A stretch of DNA of 64,000 nucleotides, taken from NCBI GenBank assembly GCA_000934665.2, contig KZ538060.1:62001-126000 (forward strand). The letters are read 5' to 3'. Positions 26,850-40,000 of the stretch are shown one piece after another (positions within the stretch are counted from its first letter, which is position 1; each line of letters begins with the position of its first letter). A program made the translations under genes and the position numbers. The notes below the pieces were generated by a model. It searched no databases, was not told the DNA's origin, and worked only from the letters and a program-made list of their open reading frames with translations. The DNA comes from Catajapyx aquilonaris. Its lineage: Eukaryota.

Positions 26850-27753
26850 TTCCCCAATGGGAAAGTCACATATTAGAGGAAAGTGTGGTACACGTCTTCA
26901 CATTGCAGGACGTCACACCTGTACTTGTCTCATCCGGAGGTCAAAACCTCCAGTGCTGGCCCCCTGCCTAGATCCGCCTGTCGACAACCAGCAGTGTCGA
27001 GGATGCATCCCTCTCCCACCCACCCACCCTCCTTCTTAAAAAAAAAAAAAAAGCAGCGGGTGTCGTGTTTGAACGGCTCCCTTTCCTGTTGGTCGGGCGT
27101 GGACTCCGAGGCAGTCGTGCGCGGTGACGACAATTGAACCATGAGCTGAATCGATGTCGGGGTGGAAACCATGAACGGGGATCTCGTACGTACAAACGGC
27201 GCATGGGGCAGGTGGGTGGTGGGGTGTTCCGAAGTAAAAGGCCCCTCCTTTTGCCCCCCCTGGTGCTGCTGCTGCCGCCCTTCCTTTCCTTCCTTCCATG
27301 AGGTCGGTTGATCGGCGCGGGCGCATTCGACGGCGGGATGCGACGGGCTGTGCGTGGGAGGCGAGGGCTGGCAAGCAGGGGCCCGCGGGCGGACGGGCCT
27401 GCCAGTGCCGCGGATTCCTACGCCCGCCTTGCCTTGGTCCCAAGGAGCATGCTGCCACACCACGCCGCCCGTGTCGCGGCCAGACCCGCATGCCAGTGAC
27501 CAACCCAAGCCCAACTGGATGACCTACCAACTCCGCCCATCCACCCAGACCCTAAGAAATACTAAGAAACAGTGCGTGTGTAGGTGAACAAAAACAGGGT
27601 GGGTGTGATTAAAGCCCTCCGCCCCACCAACCACCCCCCCACCTGTCCCCATTCGCCCCCTTCGCCCCCACCCACCCCATCAGAACCAGACCAACTTTTG
27701 CCCCCCGGTATAATTAACTGACAGTCAGTGCGGTAGGCCCCCCAGAGTCAGTG
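26850..27753 (+). promoter_or_regulatory. GC/CpG-rich region directly upstream of the jeb start: probable promoter and/or 5' UTR
   Basis: There is a marked rise in GC and CpG content immediately 5' of the ATG. The transcription start cannot be placed. Confidence 0.45.
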
Positions 27754-28267
27754 ATGAGTCCGATCAGCAGGGTGTTTTGGACCATGGCCTGCTTGGCCTC
27801 CTGCTTGGCCGTGACCTGCGGGGTCAGACCGGGGGGGCCCCAACAGCCCCCACCGCCATTCCTCCTGGAGCTCATGGACCCCGCCGCAGCAGCCCTCAGC
27901 TGGGGGGTCAGAGACAGCCCTCGACACACCAACCACCACCACTACCACCACAACCACCACATCACCAGCAACAACCACCATCAAGACGCTCTACCTCCTC
28001 CTCCTCAGCCGGCCAGTCCTCCAGAGGAGCCATGGGCCACCAGCAAGAGGGCTGAAGTGAACCCCCAATCCTCATCCTCATCCTCATCCTCATCATCGTC
28101 GGGGAAGAAGGGCCCCAAGGTCTCGTCCAAGACCGGAGGCGGGCAATCAGAGTCCCCAAGCCCGGGGCAGCTGGCCAAGAGTATGGCACAGGCCGGCGCC
28201 GGAATGGCCTCGCAGTTCTTGCAGCGATCGCCCAGAGGGAATCGCAACTACGATGTGCCACAGATCG
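27754..28267 (+). CDS. jeb: jelly belly (Alk ligand) orthologue, coding exon 1: signal peptide, low-complexity His/Pro/Ser region and RSPRGNRNYDVPQI
   Basis: ATG at 27754 opens MSPISRVFWTMACLASCLAVTCG, a signal-peptide-like sequence. The frame stays open to ...RSPRGNRNYDVPQI, then a canonical phase-1 donor G|GTGAGT follows at 28267/28268. From memory, YDVPQIEC is the motif preceding the LDLa domain of arthropod Jeb. The exon joins exon 2 in frame (G+AA=Glu). Further upstream exons cannot be excluded. Confidence 0.88.
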
Positions 28268-31200
28268 GTGAGTCTATCATTCTATCATTATAGTAGATTC
28301 CAATAGTCCGCAACAAAATACGGAAAAAAATGTACACACTCTGACCTTCGTGAAGTGTTGTGGTTAAGCCAAAAATGACGGGCAAAATTAAAACTCTGAC
28401 GTCATCGTTTTGGGTATCGCGCGGATGCTAATCTAATTTGTCCCGTACTAACGTGACATTCAAGCATCATTGTCTGTCATACGATGACAATTTTTTGTAA
28501 TAAAATCCGGGGAAATCAGCAGATTTGCTGAAGGCAATATAGTTCTTAGAATAGGTGCGTGGGCCGTTTGATCCGTCTCATCAGCTGTCCATGACAAGCC
28601 TGAATGCAAGTCATGAGAATTTCCGCAATCAGCTTTTCTTATCAATGAAATATCCGCTTTCACATACTCTTCAAAGAAAAAAGTATAGGCGGCTTATATC
28701 CATTCTAAAACTAATTTTCCTGATTTTACGAGATGAACCAATTCGATCCATAGCCCACGTTTATAATAGATCAATCGAACTATTTGCACGTAATGGGACG
28801 GCCCTTGGCAGCTTTTCGCCTATTTTCGTACCCAATACTATAAATGCAATTCACACGGGAAAACTATTTCCCCCCCCCCCCCCAAAAAAAAATCAGTGAC
28901 GCACTGGCATCACGCGCACATGTCACCCCCCACCACCCCCTCCAATCAAATTAGTTTCTAATCCTGTTTGAGTTTGGGCCCTAATCTGCACTTTAGCCTT
29001 GTTAGTTTTAACTTTCTAAAGTTCAGAACCCCCTCACTTTGTTGCCTAACTTAATCCAACTCTACCACAAATTGCCTCCGAATTGTCAAGCTTCAGTTAG
29101 CAAAAGAAAATAAGAAAGCCTCACGTTTGAACCAAACTGTGGACATCAAATGGCTCGTTTTTTTTTTCTTCTTTTTTGAAGGTTCCCCAATTGTAGTTTC
29201 CTGAAGCTTTGGATAGCGTGTTCTACCTCCCGCTCTGTTGATCTCAAGTGCTACTCTTGGCTCGGAGATTGACCCTAACGAGCCTCTGAAGGCTTTTCGT
29301 TACCTCCAAAGAACCCACGACTACTTTCCCCTACACTCCAGCCATTAAGGGCTCATTAGTGCAAACCCCCAAAATACATAATCAATATTTTTTTCCCTCC
29401 AAAATACATATTGTATAGCTTGATTAGCTTCTTATATCGAGCATCTTTAAAAATATATTTATAGTACATGTCTAGGTTCGAGTTCAAATATAGATCATTT
29501 TATGCTACGGAATAAAAGTTCGGGGGGGGGCACCGCATAGAGAGTGGTTGTTAGTCCTATTGATTGAGTTATGTTTTATGACCACGGGCCATGCGTGCCT
29601 GTCTTTGACATATTTTTTTTGCCTAATCCCGAAGTGTATAAAGCCGTTGATTACCGTTGATATGCTTTTTTCTGATACAAATGACCTTTAAAAATAGAAC
29701 ACTATGAGGAGACCTTCAGTTTTTAGAGCCCTTTTATGCCACGTTTTGTGCTGGGCCAAGACAAAAATAGTGCTACTACATATTTAATGTAGTTACAGAA
29801 TGTTACAGCATGAGCTGATAATCACGTTTCGCTATTTGATATAAATGTCACATCAGTAGTTCCGATCCATTGTGTACAGTACAGTAAGCGCAAGTTACAT
29901 AAGCAAAAGTTATGATTCCTACAGAATGATTATTATACGTTCAGAAATTGAAGTTGCCAAATGTAATCATGTTGTTCGTTAAATCACGAAGTTATGGATC
30001 GAATAAAATAGTGTACGTTGTAAGTCAACAGAAGGAAAATATTTGTTTACAATACATTCTATTTTGTCAACCAACCACAGTTCAACAGGTCACTTTTGTC
30101 AAATGAAGGTTGAAGGCATGTACACGTCGGCATATATTTTTTTTGTTGTAAAACTCTTACTTCATATTCTCATATGCGCAATTTTGACACAGAAAAAAAC
30201 ATGGCCGACATTTTCAGTCGTCACTCCCAGTAGTAAACACGTCCCAAAAAACATCTTTCGTCACTGATTCAAGAAGAGGAAGCTTATTGATTTTGGTCAG
30301 TGGCTCCTTTCCTAATAAGTCTAGTTCTAGTGCCCAAAAATTATCCCAAAAATATTTTTTCACACACACACACAAAAACCCACTCACACTATTAATGATT
30401 AGGCAATATAATCCCGTGCTGAAATGATTAACTCCCAGAAGCAAGTGACTTTGCCAGTTTGCTTTTGCTTGCTTGGGCGGCAGGCCTCGAGTCGGCGTCT
30501 TGGGCGTCCTCGACGTCGGGGCGCCGAGTTGGGAGGATTTACAAGCAGGAAGGATGAGGAGGAGTGGGAATGGAGGGAGGATAGAAAAGAGGGGGGGGGG
30601 GTATACCCTAGTGCTTTATAGCACGGCGCCACATTTCCCCCGGACAAAAAGGTAGAAAAAATAGAAAGGTAAAGCGGCTTCTGGATCTTATTATTGTTTT
30701 TCTAAGAAAGCTACCTTTCATCCTGAGAATTCGAGGGTCAGCAAGGACCACATGGTTCATAAACCTGCATGAATAGTGTCCATCACTTCTGGTTAAAAAC
30801 TCACGATGACTATGCTTTTTAGTGGGTTTTTAGAGCAATCAACCCATAATTTCTGAGAAATTCGGTGAAAGGGAAAGCTCCAAACAAAATGTCATTTTCA
30901 GAACAAACTGTGGGTTTGTATGGTGTGTTCTGAGAGAAACGGTTCATTCAGATGGCATTTAGCACTAAGATGCTTACTTTTTGGGGGGCAACATCTAAAT
31001 ATACCTTCGAAAATTAGGCATTAAAATTTTCCCAGCTAATGGTCTATATTTATCATAGAGGTCAATGTTGAATCATATGTTTGAAGGTTATACACCCTCC
31101 CAAATAACTTTAAAGATATGCATATGTTCCATCTAATATTTGCAATTGATATCCGCATAAATGCTTAGCTATTTGAGCTCAATTCGCTCATATTATGGAG

Positions 31201-33908
31201 TCATTAAAACTCGCTCCTATTGAGTTGAAAATATTCACTCACACTTGCTGTTGAAATATTAGCTCAAAACCTATCACAGTAACCAATGAAAAATGAAACC
31301 CATCGCACCCATAAATCCTGATCAACCAGTGCATAATACAACGTACTCCCAATTACGACCTAAGGACAGAGGATCAGTGATAAAAAGCATTCCCTCTCCA
31401 AAGTGATTGTTCACCCGTTAATGCTCTACTAAATCCTGCTACCCACTGTCACTTGCATAATGACGCCTTAACTATGACACACTGCTGCAGCTTGTCTTCT
31501 CGCATATTTATCCACACTAATTGTTGTAATTGTCAGGGAAACTACTAAATTTTGGGAGGCAGAGAACTCCATGCGTCACAATTTCGACTAATTCTCTAAC
31601 TCCACCTAGCACTCTCTCTTCCTACCGACAATAATTATAACAGTCAAGTACAGGTGGCACATTATTGGATGGAGGGGGGGGGGGGGTTTGAAATGCGGGG
31701 ATTCCCCCTGAGGGCCTCCATCTTGGGTCCCGCCAACCCTGGCACCAATTAGGAAGTTTCAGGCGAGACCCGTTCCAATTTTTTTTTTTTTTTGTAAAAT
31801 TATTATTTTTTTCTCTTCAAAGTCCTAAAAGAGACTTCATTCAGTGCCTGCAGGACTTGGGCCTGCAGCAAATGCGAAACGGAAAGCCCGCGATTCATCC
31901 TTAATTCATGAGACAGTAATTGCCTATTTTTCGTGTTTCTGTCCCGTCCTTTGTGTCCCTCGGCGTTTTTGGAAGGAGGTTAAGTCGGTCCCAAAAAGGG
32001 CCTAATCTCCCGTGATTAATTCATTTATGGACGGGGCCAAGGAGGCAAATGTGAAGAAACGATTCTCTTCACTTATGAGGCAGTAATTATTCGTTTTTAC
32101 GGAAAAACCTGCAGAAGCTCCAGGTTTTGCATGATTGTCATTCATTACTACAATCGGGTTACATGCATTGTTATCTCAAAGCACCGTTGATTAAAATCAA
32201 ACCTGGAAAAAAGTTTGTGAAATTTAAAAATGTAGATGACAGTAACTCATTACGCGCTCTTAATTTTCAAGAAACTCTAAGAACCAATCAACTTCAGGTT
32301 GTAAGCTTCTCAGGATTACAAGCTGACCGCTCTTTTTTCCGTTAATTGCAATTGCCTCAATATTTTTGTCTAATAAACATTTCCAAATTATCCTACTAAT
32401 GAGAACTTTACATTAGACATGTGGCACTTCTTTCCTCTTTCCCTGTCTGCACGGTCCTAATTTAGTACCGTTCGATGTCGGTCGCCACTTAATACCTACC
32501 TGTTGAGACCCTCCCCCCTCAGATCGTTGCGGGTCACCAACCTCACCTGACCTTAGACACCACAAAGTTAAAACGTCCAACCACATCCAACGCCCTACTT
32601 ACCGGAATTAAACATTACCTGCAAAGTTCTGACCCCCATTATAAAAAAAATACCCCAACCCCCTTGTGGCATGTAACCAAGAATATCTCCGCATCTTGCT
32701 AACCAATCCGACCCTAAAAGATTACAATGTAGCTATTTTAGACACCGTTCCATCTATTTTTTTCCACTTCGCCTATCTACGATCCTTACCTGTGCACACG
32801 CAAACCTTCTCAAAAGAATATCTAGTCGCCTACTGTAAGAAATCTGCTCGGAAATGGCGCCCACAAAAATGACCAGATTAAAAGTACTATAATTTTTCTA
32901 ATAGTAGTCACACACCTATTTTAGATCCAACACTTTGTATTGTAGCAACCAGGGATCGATAGATGCCGTGCACGCGCCTAGCCTCTACCTGGGACATTGA
33001 CCTCCTCAGTTCTCCGCCCTCCCCCTCTACCAAAAAGCCCATCTCTACCCATCACACTACCCCCCCTTCATCCAGAAAAAAATATATTAGGCCTATGCCA
33101 TCACCGGTGCTGGACATAATCACCGGGTTCCGCTTCTACAGCACCTGGTTACGAGTCCCTAGGGTCGCATGTCAACTCAGAGGAACTTTGCTAGTCAACA
33201 TTGAAAATGTCCGATATTGGCGCTAAAACTTGGAATTGGACAAAAGTTTAGGCTCGTGAGTGGGACAGTACTTACGGATGATTAGAAAGTTAATTTTATT
33301 TGTAAGTACAATAATATCCATGGTCAGTGACTATTGCGTCATCTGGCAGTCAACCCGAATGACGTCACCTGTCGTGTCCCAAAACTGTCCAGTGTCCAGT
33401 GGACTTACAGGCGTGACACACTCATGTTGCGAAGCGTAAAACAACCAAAATGGGGTCCACATTGACCCAGATACTCAAAGGGGGTCAACCGGTCTCATCC
33501 ACCAGTGATCTTCAGGGAACATGGTCCGAGCTTCCGATCCGGAGGATCAGACCGGACAAGAAAGTGGGTGGGAGGATCTTGTGCTTCTCCAAATTGGCCT
33601 GATCCCAAGCCCATGTTGACGACCCAGACTATATAAACCACCCATACTACCCACGGGACAATCAATGATCGCCGCAGACAAACATGGATCCATTCCCTTG
33701 ATTGCCCCTTTTCGATTCTGACCATTCTTCCAAACTGTAATATTTAGCATCGCCATAAAGTACGTCACTCTTCAATTTTTACTACCGGTACCCCCCATGT
33801 CACGCACTGTCACAATGATCCAGACACCCCCACATTAAATTTTCGATTTTCTTATTAGCATCTATAATATTAAAATCATATTTCCCCCCAAGAGAGCACT
33901 GAGCCACC

Positions 33909-33980
33909 GCTTCCTATTGGCCCCCGTTCAGTGCATGCGCAGTGGGTGTAGGCAGCGCCTCTGGTGGGTGGGAGGCGAAA
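33909..33980 (+). repeat. Copy of the same dispersed repeat (in jeb intron 1)
   Basis: GCTTCCTATTGGCCCCCGTTCAGTGCATGCGCAGTGGGTGTAGGCAGCGCCTCTGGTGGGTGGGAGGCGAAA. Confidence 0.8.
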
Positions 33981-36938
33981 GTGTCCATTCGATCGCTGCC
34001 CGCCGAAGAGTTCACTTCGCCCTCTCCCCTCTATTTTCTTCATACTTTTACACCTATTTACACCATCCCATTTTTGTCATCTTTGGACTGAGGCAACGAA
34101 ATTCGCCAGCACCCAGATATGATGGACATTAAATATTAACAGGGTCGTGGCAGAGCCTCGACAATCCTAACTATAGCTGTGTGAACAGAGGGCCAAAAAT
34201 AACGGAGCGTGAAAGCCTTGTATTATTGATACCTTTGTTATGAGCGGGGTATGAGGTCAGGATCCAATTTTTTAAAGGGCAGGGAGACACAACCTTGCGG
34301 TTTTGAGGCTGACTGGGTATCCTAAATGAGAAAAACCTTTAAATAGACATTTTACACTTTTATCATAATTTATTTTTAATTAGTTTGCCTACTTCGCATT
34401 AGCCCATTTTCATATCGACATCATCCATTTCTTTCGTGAAGGTAAGGAGCAGCGACCCTTCCGAAAATGGACTCGACTCAACCCCAACAAGCCACCTTTC
34501 GTGCCATCCTATTAATAGACTTCCCCTAGATTTACAACGGCATATCGGTCTATTTTTTGTGCGCCTCTCTGCGTGCAACATTACGTAACGCCCTCTAATT
34601 ATTTCTTCCCCGTTTTAAAAATACACCCCACATTCTTTCCAACTTCCCCCCCCCCCTCCAAAAAAATGATATCCAACTGGTAATACGCATTAATTGCGCC
34701 GATAAGACCGGCTTAAAATCAATGATCTATTTTAGGTCCAATATCCAAACCCCCATAATTAGACTATCTAAAATAAGGCGACGAGTTCAATAGTTTTGAG
34801 TCATCGGTCCTAAAGCTTGGTGTAATTTCATCGCTTTGAAACCCTACCCTTAATTTACATTCTCTCGTACGTTCTGACACCAGCTTAGTGTAATATCTTG
34901 CGTGCTGACAGGAAACACTGGCTTCGTCCTGCAGGAACATTATTCGCTCATTATTCAGGGCAATTTTGGCGAGAGGGTCATTTGAGACCGAGTTAATTTG
35001 GGAATCTTGCGTGTTTGTGGCTTCTTCATAGAGCAGTAAAGTAGGGTTGTCTAGTATGACATGGCCAGTGGGGGACTTACAAAGCAGGGATTTCGGGATC
35101 ATTAGATTTCATCCTGGGAGTTGGAGGACCTCACAGGTGTACCGGAGATTCCGTACCTCTCAGGATGAATCTCTTCCTTTCCTACCCTTGTCCTGTCGAT
35201 GAGGAGGTGCGGTGTTGGTGGGGAGGTTCTGACCCGCACCTAGGGAGTGGATTGTAGCTTGGCCCCCTGGGGGACTGCACACGACCCCCAAATTTCGGAC
35301 ATCGCACTTGCACCCCCCCCCCCCCCCACAAATACCTATCCTGACCCCCGCACCGGAGAGAAAAAAAAATGCGAAGAAATTTCGTAAGAAAAATGGTGGT
35401 AACCCACCCCCCTAAAAAGGGCTCTGTTCCCTCTAATGGGGTAAAGCTAAAAACAAAAATTAAATCCAATTTGAAGGACACATGCTCTGAAAAAAATACG
35501 GGTATGTTGTTCCAAAAAATAATAGTTGCCAGTCAACGCGATTGCTTATTAGTTGCTTAGTAAAAAAAAGTTCGAAAATTAATCTTGCAAACTGGGCTAA
35601 CTTTTTGATTCCTTGAAATCCGGCTGGTATATGATTACTTGTGTCAACTTGACTGTCACCATGCTTTGACTCAGTCCGGAAAATTACTTTCTGAGAACCC
35701 AATTTGTAGCGTGGCAACCATTGCACGTTTTTCTATCTCGTCTTGGACTTTAAGAGGAACATCTGAGTCATTTATGTCACCAACAGTAAAAAATGGCGAT
35801 ATCATATGACATGTGAGAATTAGGCCAATTTCGACACTTGTTTCTTCAGGGGGGGGGGGGTGCTCAATTAGTCAAGCCCTTGATCTTGACTCAACGTCGG
35901 ATTCCTCTGAAATGGCTTGATTTATTCCCGGATATTCTCGTGTTGCATTGAGGTTCTTTGAAGTGGGCTTGCTTTTCCTCGAGGTTCACGTTTCGTCTAC
36001 CGGAATTTCCTAAGGGGTGTCTAACACATACATTTTTGTCGTGACAAAATGTCGAGTAATGGCTATTTAATATAGGGTTATGCATAGTTTCACCCATGAT
36101 ATTTCTCACGGGTTTGACAGCATATTTGCCATGAGGAAAAAAAATGGCTGACATTTTAGGACATAATTTTAGCTTCGGCAAATTCATAGTTGTTTACGAC
36201 CAACTTTGCCATTCAATCGATTTTCCATGCAATTACTGAATGATTTATAAGCGCCATTTTCTGGAAGGGATATTCCAAGGTTTCGACTCTTTTTTATCAT
36301 CGATAAATATTTGCAGAAAATTTCAGTGCGGGACACGTCTTGAATGTTTGCAGATATAAAAGAGTATGGACGTGACTGACTCTTTAGAGGGCTTGAAAAC
36401 ACCCAAGTCAACACTGATGACGACATTCAGGAAATACTTGTCGTCATACTGACTTACAAACAGCCTTGGTAAGAATTACACACACCGAATGTATTTTTAT
36501 GGCGAATCAACTAAGAGGTGTGTATCAGAAAATCTTTTATATCCTCAGATCGAGTTTGTAGAAGCAAACATATCTTTGAAAAGGGGATAGAAAAGGGAAA
36601 GTGGCATTTCCCGCCTTTGGCGTCCCCGTCACGTTTTTGCCTTCCATTCCAGTCTCGACATGTTGACGCCTCCTGACGTTTTTCCCAGTCGCTCCACAAG
36701 ATAATGTCACGCTCCTGCCCAAATCTACTGGGAAATAGACACGAAAAATTTTTCTACAAATATTACCTCAACCCGGTCGACTTACAACCAGGTTTTCCTC
36801 TGGAATCGAACCGAGCAACAATTACCTGCGTGCTTGATATACACGCAATGATCAGATGGTGTCAAGGTAATCATGCCTATTGAAGCCAATGTCCTAATAC
36901 ATGAAAAGCCGCATTGTACATTGTTGCAAATTGTTATA

Positions 36939-37024
36939 TAAGGTGAAGTGGGGGAAGTGCACACCCGGGGTAAGTGTACAATATATGCACTTACCCCGTG
37001 TGTGCACTTCCCCACTTCACCTTA
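36939..37024. mobile_element. Short TA-flanked palindromic MITE (Tc1/mariner-pogo-like TIR pair)
   Basis: TAAGGTGAAGTGGGGGAAGTGCACACCCGGGGTAAGTG is the near-exact reverse complement of CACTTACCCCGTGTGTGCACTTCCCCACTTCACCTTA. TA lies at both ends. Confidence 0.7.
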
Positions 37025-40000
37025 ACCGAAAAGGTATTTGTCCAGCCTAGTGATCGATACACACAATGTGACAACAGGTCCGTGACGTCGCCCGATATGT
37101 GACGTCATATTGGGACATTTGCCCGTTATTGTAACCGGACACCAGTGACGTCGACCGTTGCCCTTGCAAATGATTTTGATCGGGTCCAAACCAAAACAAA
37201 TCCATTAGACCCTTGCTGTAACAGGGGGGCGGATAACTTTATTTGTGCATACTGTATCGTCCCGTGGGTTGGATCCGAGCCAGTGGACACGAGCCAGCAA
37301 CCCCCCCGACCCTATAGGTCACAGCGAAAATCACTTTAGGATTCCACTTCAGGATTAAAACTGGACCAAAAATCTCCGGGGCGCGACCTTCGCCGATTTT
37401 ACGCCTCTTGTTAGAGAGGTGTTGGTATATAAAATTTTTGAGCAAACTGACGCATCAAAGTACTGCAATGCTCACAGGTTATTACCAAGATGATACATGA
37501 AGGGTACTAACGAGCATTAAAATTTAACCAAAAAATAATAATTCAGATAGCGTTTAAAAAATTGTCTCGTGATGTCAGTTCTGTATGATTACATAGAATA
37601 AGGAGCATTTTTGCATGCAAGGTCGCTGATTTAGGGTTACCATTTTCTCCCTGGTAACCCATGTGTCGCAATGTGACGTAGCACCTTAGACTTTGGATAT
37701 GACGTAAAACTGTGCCGAGACCTTTATATATGTCGATCCGATATCTACGAAACCGATCGGGAATAGCCCACGATTTCTATATTAATTATTCATCTTCTGA
37801 CGGAATGAGAATCGTAATTCGTTTTTGTTTCCTTCTTTTGTTACCCAGCCCTCTTCCGCCATGCATAATAGCTCTTTTTTAGACCGACCATTGACTATAA
37901 ATAGTTACATTTCGTGAGGTCCACAAAATCATGCTAGATGGATCAAGATTTGACGACAATTGTTTTAAAAAATATTTGAAACAAATATTTACTGCATAAT
38001 TGCTTTTAATGGGTGTCACACTATAAAATTTACAGCCCACGGACATAGTTTATATGGGCCATATGCAGCAAATAGTAGTTAGGATTTGTATCGATTTCTT
38101 ACGTAGGTCAGGAATTCCCAGCTTGTAGGAATCTATACACTGAGCCATGGCACTCCGACATTTTCGCCAGAATATGACGTCATCATTAAGGCCAGCCAAT
38201 CCGATCTCACGAGACCACAAATTACACTCATGCATGTGTCTGTCAATTCTCCTCATTAATTATCGAACAAATAGGCCCAATATGCAGAATACTTATCACT
38301 GAATAACTTAACGCACGTTACGCGCCCACGCAACCTTACGTATATCCTAAAGACCTACATAACTAATTGCCCGTCATAATTTGATTTGTTTGGTTAGGAT
38401 GACAACATGCAAACCTATCGCCTCCTTTCTACCCAGTGATAAATCATGGCCACGAAGAGTCTCATTTCATCCTCAGTTCGCGACAAAAATTATATCGCTC
38501 CCTACTCTGTCTCTATGATTAATGATCGCAATTTGTGGCGAATTAACAATGACTATCACCGTGAAGACAGCGCTTGTTCGAGAAAACTATAATCAATACG
38601 CATCGACACTATATTTAATTTAACTGTTATTTTTAAGCTATATTTTCCATTTGTAGTTTTTGCGTCACTATTGTTATGGGTGTTCCACTCATCTTCGGCC
38701 ACACATTAAATGGCAATAGTGCCCTTTGCACTAATAGTAAAGCCGACACGCACTTGCCCTAAAAGCTTTTCCGTGCATATAAGGAACTGTATGAAAACCT
38801 GTGAAGCTGTCACAATTTCTTAAAGTGAAAATACACATTCAGGCACCTTAGGTAATAACGGTGCTCGTCCATCAAAATGGCTCGCATAAAATACTTAAAT
38901 CCTTAAAATTCAAAAATTCCGAATAACCTTTTTTTCATAACGAATGGGTATAATTTTATGTTGTTCACTAATGCACTGTGGCAACACTGGTGATCAATAT
39001 CAATCGAATTTTTCAGATTTGGATGGCCTATTTTTAGGTGAGGGGCTTTTGAATACGTGTCGTTCGCTCGAGCTACTCTTTTTTTTGTATGCATTTCCGA
39101 CTAGACATTTGTCTCTCTCTTATTCGTCCATATTGTGATATTGGTAAACATTCGGTAACATTTTGACCTAATAAAAGCCGGCCCCGGAAAGGTCATTCCG
39201 TTTTATTCTATACCGGCTTGCTGTAGGGTCCAATCGAATCTAATCAAGTTAGACCTCATCTACCAAAAAGACGTCATTTCTTATTCAACCAATTAGGCCG
39301 CATAATCAGAAACACTTGCTGCAAATTACCTGTCGCACATTTTGTCGGAGTCAATCGATGATGTCACATTAGTCTGTCGCAATGTCCAGGCCTATTGATG
39401 TTGTGTCCTTATTGCATTACAATAACAAAATCACTGTTAGACATGTAAGGAATTAATTGTAATTATTACAACGTGGCATGTCCTTTTCATTGGCTGTGTA
39501 TCTCCCAGAGTGCGTGTGTACATTTTGCCATAACCCATCTGAAGGGCAGTTCGCAGAAAGGGCGCGGCATGCTTCTCAGAAACACAGGTAGTAATAAACG
39601 GCAGCACAGGGAATAGGCCACCCTCAATTTTCTCCGATGACGATATTAGTCCAGGTCATACGTAAATGATCCCTGTCACTGACGCAAATGGACAACAACT
39701 CCGCCACCTTCTCCCCCCCCCCCCCTCCTATATTCCCATCGATCAAAAGACAAGGCGCTGATCCGATGGACGCACGCGAAACCTTTATTTTGCCCCATAA
39801 TCGTCCTCATCGCTCTATTTTTATTTTCACGCGGCCTCAACTAGGCCTCGTTTTATACTTTCGTAGCAGATAAAAGGCGATTCAGGCTAATCGGAGACGG
39901 AATGAATGGAACAGCTATAGTCAGGTGGTGGTCAAAAATGGTTGATCGCGTGAGAATACGAAGATCGGTCAGTCGATTTTGATGGAGCAAAGACACGAAG

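Noticed and set aside
26930..27530. 194-aa and 164-aa minus-strand ORFs upstream of jeb
   Set aside because: They are explained by local GC richness, several frames are open at once, they run through an A/T homopolymer and they have no recognisable domain.
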